Shown here: one piece after another, positions 1-12,299 of the stretch
How the letters are laid out: each line of letters begins with the position of its first letter
Position numbering within the stretch: the stretch's first letter is position 1
Assembly: GCF_963921235.1 (NCBI RefSeq)
Contig: NC_086106.1
Span: 20,212,001 to 20,276,000, forward strand
Length of the DNA: 64,000 nucleotides
Direction of reading: 5' to 3'
From: Mobula hypostoma
Taxonomy: Eukaryota
Made by a program: the position numbers and the translations under genes
Notes under the pieces: model-generated
What the model saw: only the letters and a program-made list of their open reading frames with translations
Database searches by the model: none
Told to the model about the DNA's origin: nothing

Positions 1-340
1 GTCGGTGGATGGAGTAAATTTTAAGGAGCAGGAATTTTGTAGATTTGGCAAAACAAAATGCATAAAGGCAGTTCGCATGGTGTAGTTTGTGGTAAATTCT
101 GCCTTACTAATTTGGTTGATTTTTTAAAAGGAGAATACCGAGAAGACTTACGAAGCTAGGGCAATAGATGTCTCTACAAACTTCAGTAAGACGTTACCGA
201 TGGTCCTACCACTAAAGACCTGCGTGGTAGCATGATTCAGAATGATGCAGATGAGAGTCACAGCTATTTTGCTAATTGGATGCAAAATGGACTTTATGAT
301 AGGAAGAAATGGGTAATGGTAAAATAATTTTCTTTTCTGA
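1..340 (+). mobile_element. Decayed CR1-type LINE reverse transcriptase fragment
   Basis: Aligns with 5810-6130; contains ggtaaattctgccttactaatttggttgattttttt (GKFCLTNLVDFF), the CR1 RT motif GKSCLTNLIEFF. Confidence 0.75.
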
Positions 341-582
341 TTGAATTCTAGTATCTGAATATATTAATATTTAAATGCAATCAGCTCGCAGCAGCAATAG
401 GACATATATCCCAACTTACTTTCAAAGAAGCAGTCTGTGTGTGTGTATATATATATTTGCTTTTCACCTTGGAGTCTACTCCTGTTCTCACATGACACAA
501 TTCAACCAGGTTTTCTTGATTTTTAAACTTACGAAGTTCACTCAGGGATATATTGCACACAGTACAAGCAAAGTCGACTTAC

Positions 583-639
583 GTGGAGTTACAGTCAGGC
601 TGGTTCCTAATCCAAATGTTATTCGGTAGCTCTGACCCA
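583..639 (-). CDS. TRAJ: TCR alpha J segment, canonical
   Basis: GQSYRITFGLGTSLTVTP; RSS cacagta 640-646 / 12 / tcaaaaact; donor GTAAGT. Confidence 0.93.
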
Positions 640-789
640 CACAGTAGTGGGCAGCCTCTCAAAAACTCGTGTGCTAGGCGCTATAGAAATGTAAACCTTT
701 GTTTTGGTAATGATGGCTGTAGATTGTGATGGCCCCAGGACTGAAACTTAGCAGGAGTTTCTTTTTTAAAAAAAATCTCGGGGTAGCAG

Positions 790-1240
790 AATTTGATTTT
801 GTTTTCTGATTAGAAAGAAACTCTTATGGACAGGAGGCCACTCTGTCACTCAGACCTGCCCCGCTATTCAATATGAACTGATTTGTCCCAGGTCCCATCT
901 CCTCTGTTGCACGAGATCGTCATAAGCTGGAATTTTCCAATCACACAGAAATTCATCTACTTACTCCTTCAATATCAGCGATGGTCCACCTCTCACAATC
1001 AGTTGCGGTGTGGACTTCCAGAGATTCGCTCATCCCTGAAAGAATAAATCTCTAAATCCACAGTTTCAAATAACAGATCCTTTCCCTTGTTTGTCCCTCA
1101 TTTACTGGTCTTCAAATGGTGGAAACATCTTCTCAGCTGTCAAACCTTTTCGAAATCCACAGCTTTCAATAAGATCACCTATCGTTCTTCCAATAGATCG
1201 TAAATCTAACTTTTCAACATTTTGTACAAGGTGCGTGGTC
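790..1240 (-). mobile_element. Decayed LINE 3' end (reverse orientation)
   Basis: Resembles the reverse-oriented CR1 3' end at 16660-17230; duplicated at 6710-7160; boundaries approximate. Confidence 0.5.
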
Positions 1241-1420
1241 GCACTAACAAGTATTATAACAGCTGTCGGCTTCAGATCCGTACAGTAGCTAAGCCAATAT
1301 CAAGATACTATCAATCCCGCCAGCAAGGCCACAGAAAGACCAGAAAGTAAATATTTCTAGGCGGCAATAATGCCAAGCGGGAATAATGGACCAAGTGATT
1401 GGTGAACTAGGGTGACTTAC

Positions 1421-1474
1421 TTGGAGTTACAGTGAGCCTGGTTCCCGATCCAAATATTACTTTGACATTATTCG
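1421..1474 (-). CDS. TRAJ: TCR alpha J segment, canonical
   Basis: NNVKVIFGSGTRLTVTP; RSS cacagtg 1475-1481 / 12 / ccaaaaact; donor GTAAGT. Confidence 0.93.
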
Positions 1475-2029
1475 CACAGTGCGAGACGTCCACCCAAAAA
1501 CTTGGCCCCATTGCCAGATGTGGCGTTTGGCTCATGAGATTCTGTGCACATAGATATAATATTCATACTTCTCATTGTGGAGGGGAATTGTATTTTAGGG
1601 AAAGGCCCAGTGGCAGGAATCAACAATTTGGTCCTCCTTGCTGGCTCTGTCACTTAGTACAATCATGACGATCCACCATCTCAATGCCATACACTACTTC
1701 AGGGTGCTTTTTGCATAGGGATAATTATCGGGAAATAAGTGACAGAGCACTGCCTTTGAGATATAATGGTAACATTCCATACATGCAATTCCTGACAATC
1801 TATCTGTAAAGAGTAAGCACTTATCTGTCTATATGTTGTCAGTCCGTGTACTTACCTACCTACCCATCTATCGATCTATCTGTATTTTCCCATGCATCAG
1901 AATGAATCAGAATCTCTTTGTCTGTGTACCTGTCGCTTCGTCCATTCGTCTGAATCTCGATTAATCTGTCTGTCCAACTAGATTATAGGTTATGGTGGAT
2001 ATTTGCTATCCTAGTCTGTGAGACCTGAA

Positions 2030-2575
2030 AATGGTTTTGAAAGAAGAAGGAAGTGTTGAACGAGTCACACAGAGTACTTGTCTTCATTAGCTAGGCAATA
2101 GAATACAGAAGCAGAAAGGTTATGGAACAAGTTTTCAAAAGATTGGTTTGGTCACTCTTGGAATATTCTTGGAATGTTGTGCGCGCCTCACTATAAGAAG
2201 GATTTGGTTGTGTTGGAGAGTGTGCATAAAAGATTCGTAAGGTTGTCGCCCAGGTTGGGGCGTTTCAATTATGATTGATAGCGTCAGTTTGTTGCTTTTG
2301 GAGCTGGCCAACTAAAGTTCATGAAAAAGGTACTTAAAGTTAGAGGACATAGGTTTAGGGAACGATTAGAGCTCTTAGGGTTATCCAAAGAGGGTTTTTT
2401 TCACCCAGAGGATGGATGGGTCAGTACGCACGTTATTTAACAATTATGTAGAGGATAGCGTGAATGGTCAAATGATCAAAGTGTATAGGCGATTAATTCG
2501 TAATTGAGTAGGTAGAAAGCTGATGATTGGTGTGAATATGATGTGCTGAAAGGCCGCATGTCTTGCATTCTAACT
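2030..2575 (+). mobile_element. Decayed CR1 LINE ORF2 3' fragment
   Basis: ctataagaaggatttggttgtgttggagagtgtgcataaaagattc resembles YRKDV.ALERVQRRFTR; copies at 3425-3965 and 7950-8540. Confidence 0.7.
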
Positions 2576-2937
2576 TTTATATTACCTTAAAATTCTGTGA
2601 GTTAGTTGCATATTTTGCCTGGTTTGACATATGCGGCTTCCATTCTCGGCATAATAAATAACATGTCCTGCATTTCCTTCACTGAGGAAGAGAAACTCAG
2701 CCATTTTGCTTTCTGTGTTCCAAAAAGAGTCTTGTTCCACTTCTAAACATTAATTTACTCTCCATTCCATAATCTACACAGGAAAAGAAACTCTTACACA
2801 AATATCTGCTGACTAACCCATTGTAGTGTTTCAAAAAGAAATCAGTCCGTTTATTCCAGCGAATCCCAAATTCAGTAATATGGATGCGGATTACGATCAT
2901 AGAGCGTCTATGTTAAGAGCAGCTGAGGGTGACTTAC

Positions 2938-2994
2938 TTGGAATCACAGTCAGTATAGTTCCTGATCCAAAGGTTAATGGTAAGTTGCTATTCA
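2938..2994 (-). CDS. TRAJ: TCR alpha J segment, canonical
   Basis: NSNLPLTFGSGTILTVIP; RSS cacactg 2995-3001 / 12 / acaataacc; donor GTAAGT. Confidence 0.92.
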
Positions 2995-3424
2995 CACACT
3001 GTTGGATAACATTACAATAACCCAGAGCCACTGAGGGACTCATTATGGGAAATATTAGTGAGTCCAATTAAATACAATGTTTGCTCTGCTTCATTATAAA
3101 CCACAAATGCAACTTACGTAAGCAACTGCTGATACATTATTTTACTTCTATTTGCTAATGCATGCATGAAGTTATTAATGGACGTATTAGCCCAGTCACG
3201 AAAATTTACAACGCAGAAACAGATCCATCCCAGCACTTATCCATTCAGCTATCTATTTGTCTATCTACATTTTGCCATTCATCAGCCTGTTTGTTTTCCC
3301 GTAACCGTCTCTGACTCTGCATATTTCAGTTATTCTATTCATGTGAATCTCGATTCATCGGTCTGCCTGTTTGTCTGTCTTACTAGGTTGTAGACTATAG
3401 TTGATATTTTTTCCCAGTCTGTGA

Positions 3425-3965
3425 CATGTGAAAATGGTTTTCAAAAGAAGGAGAAAGTGTTGAAGCAAGCATACAGAGTGCTTGTCTTTACCAGCCAGAT
3501 AACAGCTGGAAGGTTATGGAACATATTTACAAACGATTGGTTTGGTCACTCTTGGAATATACTACAGCCAGTCTATAGGAAGGATTTGATTGTTTTGGAG
3601 AGTGCCAAAAAAGATTAATCAGGCTGCTACCCAGGATGAAGAGTTTTACCTATAACTGATAGCCTCAGTTTGTGTCAAAATTTGGCTATGGCAAAGATAC
3701 TTAAAGATAGAGAACATAGGTTTAGAGAGGATTAGATCTTTTATGGTTATTCATAGAGAGAGCTTTCATCTAGTGGATGGTTGGGATCTGGAATACACTG
3801 CCCAAAGTGGTGGAAGCAGTACGCACAGTGTTTCAGAATTATGTAGACGACAACTTGAATTGCCAATTCATCAAGTTCTCTGGGGATCCGTTGAAAAATG
3901 GGTAGGTAAAAAGCTCATTATTGGTGTGGATATGTTGAGCTGAAACAGCTCATTCTCTGCACTGT
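3425..3965 (+). mobile_element. Decayed CR1 LINE ORF2 3' fragment (duplicate)
   Basis: YRKDLIVLESAKKD in ORF 3421-3618; colinear with 2030-2575. Confidence 0.7.
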
Positions 3966-4202
3966 AACTTTTATATTAACTTCAAATTTAATATAAAAAA
4001 TAAAAAAAAAACATTAATTTGTTGCTCATTCCATACTTCATACAGCAACTGAAACTTATATAACAAATACCAGCTGACCAACCCATTATAGTACCTGAAA
4101 AAGAAAACAACCTGGTTATCGCAGCAAATCCTAAATTCAGGCACATTAGAGCTAATTATGCTTATAAACCTTCCATGTTAGCAGCAGGTGCGGGTGACTT
4201 AC

Positions 4203-4259
4203 TTGGAATTACAGTCAGTCTGGATCCTGGTCCAAAGGTTAGTGGTAAGTTGTTATTCA
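4203..4259 (-). CDS. TRAJ: TCR alpha J segment, canonical frame, weak heptamer
   Basis: NNNLPLTFGPGSRLTVIP; RSS cacaccg 4260-4266 / 12 / acaataact; donor GTAAGT. Confidence 0.9.
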
Positions 4260-4654
4260 CACACCGTTAGAGAACATTACAATAACTCGGATCCAGTAAA
4301 GGACACTTTATGGAAACTATAATATCTGCTCTGTTGCATTATAAAACACAAACATAACTAATGTAAGCATTTGCAGATACATCATTTTACTTCTATTTGC
4401 TAAAGTATGTATCAATCTATGAATGGACATATTAGCTCAGTCACAGAAAGATTCATCTTAGAAACAGACCCTTCCGCCCAACAAGTCTTGCTGACCATCA
4501 AACACTTATTTGCACTAATTCTATTGTCATACAGCACCGACACTGGCCCTTAGGCCGAATCAGTCGTCACCGACCTTCTTGTACCCAATTACAGCATTGT
4601 ACCCTAGCTATTTTTTCTTCCCAAATTTTCATGAAATCCTTTCAGATTCCAGCA

Positions 4655-4815
4655 CTCTCCCACACACTGGGGGAAATTTACAGTAACCAATTACCCGTCC
4701 AAGGCAGTCGGAGAAAATCTACAGGGTCGCAGGAAAATCAGGCCAACTGCACACATTCAGCTCTGTAGCCGAGGATGGAAATTGGATCTCTGGAGCTGTC
4801 GTGGCGTTGCCAGTT
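4655..4815 (-). mobile_element. Decayed tRNA-derived SINE (shark/ray type)
   Basis: ggatctctggagctgt is shared with the better-preserved copy at 49385-49570; duplicate at 9295-9470. Confidence 0.55.
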
Positions 4816-5137
4816 TCCTCACTCTGCCATCTCATCTATGTGTGACATATATTTCTTTTTGACTTTCTATTAACTCTGTTTTTCTCCCCACCCGTCCATC
4901 TAAACATAAAAACTTTTCAATAAAAATGTGCGTTAACCAGTTATATTTTCAACTAATCTTTGAGAAGGTAATCATTTAGTGAAGGAACATATTTACCTGA
5001 AAGTAATTGACCTACAACGATACTGAAAGCTAACTAATTTGTTTAAGGGTTAGAAGTTGCACCAAATCATATTTTCAAACATGTTATGTCCCAACTTTAC
5101 ACTTCTTTCTTCAGTTTAGACAAATATGAACTCTTAC

Positions 5138-5199
5138 TGGGTTCCATAGTATATTGGTCCTACTCCTGAATAACAACTTGTTATTGCCTATGTGATTCA
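5138..5199 (-). pseudogene. TRAJ: TRAJ pseudogene (1-nt deletion, FRSR motif, heptamer CAA)
   Basis: NHIGNNKLLFRSRTNILWNP, 62 nt so out of phase with donor GTAAGA; heptamer caaagta 5200-5206; paralog of 9768. Confidence 0.8.
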
Positions 5200-5558
5200 C
5201 AAAGTACTTGACTCCCTTTGAAAAGTATCCGCTTCAGTTTTAAAACCTTCCTTGTTAATTGACGCTAAATGATAAAAAAAATTAAGTTAAGTTTATCCCT
5301 GAGACCAACGATAGTATTTCCACAGAAATCAGCCCAGTTGTCTTTCTACAGACGCATCAAAAACCTAAAGTAGTTTACAGCCAATGTAGCTTCTGAAGGT
5401 TTAGCCACCTCTTGTGCAGAAAGGTTCAGTCCGAACCTTGCAGTCCAAACTGTCCCCAAAGATGCCGTCTAGTTTTGAATCTAGGGTATGAGGGCGAGGT
5501 CTTAAATTAGTACTGCTGGTCAATAATCGCCAAGGATATGGACATGAAGGATAGCGAA

Positions 5559-5561
<3 letters not shown>

Positions 5562-5603
<42 letters not shown>

Positions 5604-5624
5604 TGTGAGAGAGAGAGAGAGAGA
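5562..5624. repeat. (GT)n(GA)n compound microsatellite
   Basis: Direct reading. Confidence 0.95.
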
Positions 5625-5774
5625 AAGTCGGTGAAATGTTTCCCAGAATACTATACAAAACAAAGGAAATATTACTGAGATTCTGATGGAGAACTTCCAT
5701 CTTCTGTAGTCATAGGTGAGGTGTCAAAACTTTGGAAGTCACCTAGCTTTTTCTATTATTTCAGCAATATGGCT

Positions 5775-6130
5775 ACAGCAGAGAATTACAGGGGTGAGCC
5801 TAAAGTCAGTGGTCAGTGGTTGAAGAGAACTCTAAGGAGCAGGAATTCTGTACATTTGGGAAAACAATGATACATAAAGTAGTCAGCATGGCATAGTGTG
5901 GTAAATTTTGTCTCACTAATATGATTGATTTTTTTGAGGAGGCAGCTAAGACTTATGAAGGCAGGTCAGTAGACGTTGCCTATGTGAACTTCAGCAAGGC
6001 TTTCCTGATGGTTCTACCACAAAATCCTACGTGATCAAGAATGGTTAAGGTAGATGAGAGTCATGGCGATTTAGCTAATTGGATCCAAAATGGACCACGA
6101 TAGGCAATAGGTAATGGCAGAAAATATCTG
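5775..6130 (+). mobile_element. Decayed CR1-type LINE reverse transcriptase fragment
   Basis: Reads QHG, then after a frameshift GKFCLTNMIDFFEEAAKTYEGRSVDVAYVNFSKAF, matching CR1 ORF2 RT (QHGF...SCLTNL...DVVYMDFSKAFD); boundaries approximate. Confidence 0.85.
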
Positions 6131-6497
6131 ATGGAAATTCTGTACAGTATTCGAATATATAAATTGATCGAAAATGTCAGCTGTTAGGGATAACAATATT
6201 GCTATTTTATATTCAAAAAGAGGAGCAGGATATATTTTCGCGTTTCAGCCTGCCTGGGTTTGCTGTTTCTCTCTGATCTGACTTCCGTGGTCTTTCTTTG
6301 TTTTGAGGCTACATGGAGAAGATTAACTTCAGAGTGCTGCATCAATACTTTGATAATCAATGAACCTTTGAGCTTTTAGAACCTTTGGATTATATGCCTT
6401 TTGTCACCTGACACAATTCAACCAGATTTTCCTGATTTCACACTTACAAAGTTCTCTTAGTGATAATTTGCACACAATACAAGCAAAGTCGACTTAC

Positions 6498-6554
6498 GCA
6501 GAGATACAGTCAGGCTGGTTCCTAATCCAAACGTTATTTCATAGTTGCCACCCA
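6498..6554 (-). CDS. TRAJ: TCR alpha J segment, canonical
   Basis: GGNYEITFGLGTSLTVSL; RSS cacagta 6555-6561 / 12 / acaaaaagc; donor GTAAGT; paralog of 583. Confidence 0.92.
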
Positions 6555-6709
6555 CACAGTAGCGGATAGCCTCACAAAAAGCATGTTTAATTGAAACTAT
6601 AGATATGTAAACCTTTGGGACTGATGGCTATGGAATTTGATGGCCCCAGGACCGAAATTTAGCAGGATTCGCTATTTATTTTTAATCTTGGGTTTGCAGC
6701 ATCTGCTTT

Positions 6710-7160
6710 TTTTTCCGGATGTCTAAGAAACACTTGAACTAGGAATAGGCCACTCGGTCCCTCGGACCTGCTCCACTATTCAACATGAACTGATTGTCCC
6801 CAGACTCCATCTACTCTGCTGTACGAGATTTGCTCTGTATTTTCCGATCTTCAAGAATTATATCTAATTAGTCCTTCAATATCGCTAATGGTCCAACCCT
6901 TACATCCGGCTGTGGTATGGAATTCCAGCCATTCACTCTCCATGAAAGAGTAAATCTCCAATTCCACAGCTTCGAATGAAAGATCCCTTCCCTTGTTTGT
7001 CCCTTATTCAAAAATGTTAACTGGTGGACACATCTCCTCATCAAACTGTCAAGCCTTCTCGGAATCTTACACGTTTCAATAAGATCACCCATCATTCTTC
7101 TGACATGTCTTTAATCTAACTTTTCAACACTTTGTACAAGGAGGATGGTCGCACTACTAG
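6710..7160 (-). mobile_element. Decayed LINE 3' end (reverse orientation), duplicate of 790-1240
   Basis: Colinear similarity to 790-1240 inside the segmental duplication. Confidence 0.5.
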
Positions 7161-7338
7161 ATATTATAGCACTGTCTTCCTCAGATGCAAACAGTGTCTG
7201 ACCTAATACCAAGATACGTACATGGTATCAATCCCACCAGTAAGTCCACAGAAAGCATCTCACTGTTAATATATCTAGGCGATAATGATGCCAAGCGGGA
7301 ACAATGGACCAAGTGTTTGAAGAACAAGGGTGACTTAC

Positions 7339-7395
7339 TCGGAGTTACAGTGAGTTTGGTTCCCGATCCAAAGATTACTTTGAGGTTGTCATTCA
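7339..7395 (-). CDS. TRAJ: TCR alpha J segment, canonical
   Basis: NDNLKVIFGSGTKLTVTP; RSS cacagtc 7396-7402 / 12 / ccaaaaacg; donor GTAAGT; paralog of 1421. Confidence 0.93.
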
Positions 7396-7949
7396 CACAG
7401 TCTGACACCTCCACCCAAAAACGGTCATTTGTGGCGTTTGGCTCATGGAATACTGTACACATAAATATGATGCTCACACTTCTCATTTTGGAGGGAAATT
7501 GTATTCCAGAAAACAGGCACAGGGCAGGAATCAACTGTTTTTCCCTCCGAGTTGGTTCTGTCATTCAATGCAATCATGGTTGATCCACCATCTCAGTGCC
7601 ATATACTATATCTGGGCGCTTTTTGCAACGATATAGTTACTGCCAATAGTGATAGAGCATTGCATTTGAGATATAATAATAACATTGCATCCATATTATT
7701 CCTGTCCATCTTTCAGGAGTCAGCATCTATCAGTCTATATGCTGGCTGTTCTTGTACCTACCTGCCCATCTATCAATCTACCGATACTACACCATGCATC
7801 AGACTGAATATTCCCCTCATACACCTCTCAGTCTCTCAGGTATCTTTTACAGTAGTTCGCCCATTCGTTTGACCCTCAATTCACCAGCCTGTCTATCCAT
7901 ATACTAAATTATAGGTTACAGTCGAAAATTACTTTCCTAGTCTGTGAGT

Positions 7950-8540
7950 TCTGAAAGTGATTTTTAAAAGAAGCTGAAAATGGTGAAAGAGGCAAAAGGA
8001 TTATTTGCCTCAGCTGTAATGTTATTAAGCGTTCTGTACGTCTCACTACAGGAAGGATTACTCGCACTGGAGAGCGTACAGAGAAAGTTCACCTGGTTGC
8101 TGTCTGGGATAGAACCTTTCGGTATGTTGTGAGACTGTATAGTCTGGGTTTGACTACTTTGAAGCGAGGAATATTGAGTGGAGGAAGGACCTGATAACTG
8201 TGCGCACAATTATGAGGCATTAAGATACAGTAGCAAACATTCTCCTGTAGCAAAGTTAAAAAACAATAGAGGACAAAGGCTTAGGGAAATATAAAAATCC
8301 TTGTGGGAATAATTGGAGGATCGTGTTTTTTTTTCGCCATGAGGATGGCTGGTATCTAGAACACATTGCTTGATGGAGTGAAATAAGCAGTACTCACAAC
8401 ATTTAAGAAATACGTAGACGAGGACTGGAATTCCTGAGACATGAAAGGACATGAACGAAATGCTTTTATTTCTGAATAATATAGGTAGAAATTCGAAGAT
8501 TGTGGTAGTTGTGATGGACTCAATAGATTGATTCTGTACA
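7950..8540 (+). mobile_element. Decayed CR1 LINE ORF2 3' fragment (duplicate)
   Basis: ctacaggaaggattactcgcactggagagcgtacagagaaagttcacctggttgctg resembles YRKD.LALERVQRKFTRLL. Confidence 0.72.
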
Positions 8541-8901
8541 ATCTAAGGGTAATTTTCCTCTCAAATCCTGCGAATTAATTGCAAATTTTACACTTTTTCT
8601 TCGAAGATAGAGCTTCCATTCTCTGCTTAACTAATTAAATGTCTTGTGTTTTCCTTTACTGAGAAAGGGAAACACTGCTAGTTTGCTTACTGGGTTCCAC
8701 GAAGAGCTTTGTTTCTCTTCCAAACTTTAATTTGTTGCCCATTAGGTAATATATACAATGCCTGATCCTCTTACAGAAATTACCCGCTGGCTAACCCCTT
8801 ACAGTATTTAAAAAAGAAGGCAAGCTAGCTATCAAAATGAATCTTAAATGTCGGTAATAACGATAACCCGACTGTGCTAACAATGAGTGTTGGCGACTTA
8901 C

Positions 8902-8958
8902 TTGGAATCACATTCAGTATGGTTCCTGATCCAAATGTTAATGGTAGGCCACTATTTA
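8902..8958 (-). CDS. TRAJ: TCR alpha J segment, canonical
   Basis: NSGLPLTFGSGTILNVIP; RSS cacactg 8959-8965 / 12 / acaataacc; donor GTAAGT; paralog of 2938 and 4203. Confidence 0.92.
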
Positions 8959-9294
8959 CACACTGTTAGATGGTCTTACAATAACCCTGAGCTATTAAGG
9001 GAAAGATTAATGAGTGCACCCAACTATAAGGTTTGCTTTTCTTCTTCGTAGACAACAAATTCAATTTGTATAAGTAATTGCTGATATCTTACTTTAATTT
9101 TCTTTGCTAACGTAGGCATGAATTGAGGAATGGACATATTAGCTCATAGTCACAAAATGATAAAACTCAGAAACGCACCATTCAGCTGAATGAGTCCGTT
9201 CTGACCATCAAACACTAATTTGTACTAATCATAGGATCATACAACACAGATAGAGGCCATTTGGCTCAACGAATCTGACTGACCCTCTTGCACA

Positions 9295-9470
9295 TCAGCT
9301 CCTTTCAGATTCCAGCAGTAATTTGCAGTAACGAATTAGACTACCAACTTCTCTTCCTTTAGAACGAGGGAGGAATTACAACAATCCTGTAGATCACAGG
9401 GAGAACCTGCAAACTACCAGGAACTAAAGATGGAATGCGGATCTCTGGATCTGTAGTGGCTTTGCCACCA
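9295..9470 (-). mobile_element. Decayed tRNA-derived SINE (duplicate of 4655-4815)
   Basis: cacagggagaacctgcaaactacc is the reverse complement of the SINE body word ggagtttgca(c)gttctccctgtg. Confidence 0.55.
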
Positions 9471-9767
9471 TCTCCACTGTGCCATCTATGTGTGACATTT
9501 ATCTCTTCAATTTTCTATTCTCCCAAAAAAGATCTCTCCATCCATGCACTGATACATGAAGTTCTAGTCCTTTCAATTAAGGAGTGTGTATTTCAATTTT
9601 ATTTTCATCTGGCTATCAAGAAGGAAATAATTTGGAAAAGAGAATATATTTTGCCTCAGCCAAATGACCTGTAACTAGATTTACGGGTTGGAAGTTGCTT
9701 CAAGCTACATTTTCATACCATATGTGTTACAATTTGTGTCTCAGGATCTACAATTATAAACACTTAT

Positions 9768-9830
9768 TGGGTTCCATAGTCACACTTGTCCCAATCTCAA
9801 AAATTAAAGTGTTATTACCCATATAATTCA
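9768..9830 (-). pseudogene. TRAJ: TRAJ pseudogene (FEIG motif, donor AT, heptamer CAT)
   Basis: NYMGNNTLIFEIGTSVTMEP; heptamer cataatg 9831-9837 / 12 / tcaaatata; donor ATAAGT. Confidence 0.82.
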
Positions 9831-10749
9831 CATAATGATTGACCCTCTTTCAAATATATCCGCTTCACTCTCTTTCATCCAGTTCATCCTACTTTGTGAA
9901 GGACCTTCCTCGTTAACTGACCCCAATTGATGTCAATATTTTGTAAGTTTTATCCCTGAGAACAACCACCGTAATTCCATAGACACCAGCTAAATGTCGA
10001 AAGGATTGTATTTCTATAGCATGCCTCGCATCCCTAACTCAGCTCACTGTCAGTACAGCACTTTGAAAGATTAGCCACTGCCAGCTTGCAGAAAAAAGGA
10101 TAACCAATATAGGCGCAGCAAGTTTCCAGATGCAGCAAGCCAGCTCCGCATGTAAACGTTGGTGCTAACTCCCAAAATGACTCTCGAATGCAGAGTCAAG
10201 ACAGTTCTTCACTGGACATTTGTAGGCGATGGGACGTGGGGTTGTGAGAGACTGTGAGGGACTTTGGGATGACCAAGATAGGGCAACGCAATAAACTGCA
10301 GGGGCGTATTAAAGATTTTGTTGACTAGGCAAATAAATACCAACAACCTCAGCAGCAATTAAAGAGGAGAAGTCTGCTATAATGGAAATAATATGCTCAT
10401 AATTAGCTTTGAAATATAGCGGCCATTTTAACAAGTATTACTTTTCAGTGAATGAATGAGTTTACACTGGAATCATTTACCGCTTGCATTCTCCATCCAT
10501 TTTAACTTTCTCTTTTTATCTTCTCTTATATTATTTTCCTGCACATTTTTCTCTATCTCTGCAGGTCCACCGATCAATAGAATGGTCATAACAATCGTTT
10601 CATATTGAACGTGATTTGCAACACCCTCTGGGTTTGATTTAAGAGATAGAGCAGACAAATAATGACATTTTCCCACGTTTTATGAAAAAAAAACACACAA
10701 ATATGTTTTAAGCAAAATTGCTGCAAAATAACGATTGTTTCACACTTAC

Positions 10750-10812
10750 TAGGTTCCACAATCAGTCTCGTCCCACTTCCAAATACCAGCTTGTCTCCCG
10801 CTCCATAATTCA
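10750..10812 (-). CDS. TRAJ: TCR alpha J segment, canonical
   Basis: NYGAGDKLVFGSGTRLIVEP; RSS cacagta 10813-10819 / 12 / acaataaca; donor GTAAGT. Confidence 0.94.
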
Positions 10813-10975
10813 CACAGTATCTGATTCTCATACAATAACACCACTAGCCAGTCCATGTTGTTTTTCTGAAAATCTCAGCACACAAGGACCTCCTAACAGA
10901 AATATCTCTGGTCAATCTCTGGTCAATTAGAAATAATAAAGGATTTTTAAAAATTTGGAACCAAGAGTGACTTAA

Positions 10976-11030
10976 TTGGAATTACAACGATTCTGGTCTC
11001 TGATCTAAAACATAGTCTGTAATTATTATT
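10976..11030 (-). pseudogene. TRAJ: TRAJ pseudogene (FRSE motif, donor TT)
   Basis: NNNYRLCFRSETRIVVIP; heptamer cacatgg 11031-11037 / 12 / acataagac; donor TTAAGT. Confidence 0.72.
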
Positions 11031-12299
11031 CACATGGAGACATTCACTCACATAAGACCTCTGTGCCATTACTAGTTGCGTTTTACCATATACAGCTAAA
11101 TATTACTTTCATGCTGCAGATTAAGAGATAAAACTACTGACTACTATTGATGATACTAAGAGACATAGGAATTATGAATGAATCTTAAAATTATTCATTA
11201 TTAATCACATGATTATGAATGCTTTTAATATGTGCTTGTCATGACTTCATCAATCTGCCTATTTCTCTATATTAAAACAGAAAGTGCAGGGAAAATTAAC
11301 AGGCTTAGTGGCGTCTGTGGAAGAAGAACAGGAGTTATTTATAAGCTTGATGAAGAGCCTTTGACTTGAAGCTTTATCTCTGCTTCTCTTTCCACGGCTG
11401 GTGTCTGACCTGCTGAGTGTTTCCAGTATTTTATGTTTTTATAGTTACAGAGCAGGACAGCAGAGAAGCTGGTCCAATAGCCTAACATTTTTATCCCTCC
11501 CTTTTGCCCGTCTACATTAATTCAATTTCCCGGCATGACCACCATATCTTATCACTTGCCTGTTAATATGTCTCTCTAAATGACACTATCTACGAGATTT
11601 TATCTCATTCCACCACCTCTTCTAGCAGTCATTCCAGATATCAATCACTATGTGAAAAAAAAATCACCCCCCGCCACAGAATCCCTATGAAGCTCGGTCC
11701 CCCACTTTAAACCCTCTCCCCATTGTTTTTGATGTCACGACCATAGGAAATAATTACTATTTACGCAATCTGTCATCCTCGGAATCTTATATATCTCAAC
11801 CAGAATTTCTGTTAACTAGTGTATATCGACTCTGTTTAGGAAATGGATAGTTGAGTACTGCATGATACTTTATTGCCACCTTTAAGTTCTTACAGCAATT
11901 AACATTGTTGTATAGTTTTTGATTTGCCAAGAATGAGAACATAATCATACTTCCTGTGTTTATTGGTCGATACACCTGAGCTTGTTTCCATTCTCGTTTC
12001 CTGAAATTCTCACATGAAATTCCAAATAACCTTTCCTTATTTTGGGGATCTGGGCAGAGCTGATCAATCAGCATTTATTGCCCTTGAGAAAGTGGCAGTA
12101 ATTTAGAGCATGAGGGAAGCGTCTCTTGATAGGTCAGCACTCCGACCCATGAATTAGCCTGGGGATTTTCATTTGGACTGCTAATGACACTATATATGTA
12201 CATAATATTCCAGAAAACACCTCATTATTTCTGAAAAATTGAAACAAAATCGCCCTATTCTTAAACTTTAGTCAGATTCACAAGAAATAATAAAATTTG

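Larger units (their letters stand above)
1..9990. repeat. Tandem segmental duplication: about 1-5340 versus about 5810-9990, with an internal duplication in copy 1 (about 1830-3210 versus 3220-4470)
   Basis: Colinear LINE RT fragment, Js 583/6498, 1421/7339, 2938+4203/8902, SINE, and pseudo-Js 5138/9768. Confidence 0.9.

Noticed and set aside
10586-10831. ORFs such as RYCVNYGAGDKLVFGSG (also 17877-18083) that look like germline-joined V-J genes, which exist for shark Ig
   Set aside because: The YC comes from the heptamer itself, an intact nonamer lies 12 bp away, and no V framework (first Cys, Trp) is present upstream.
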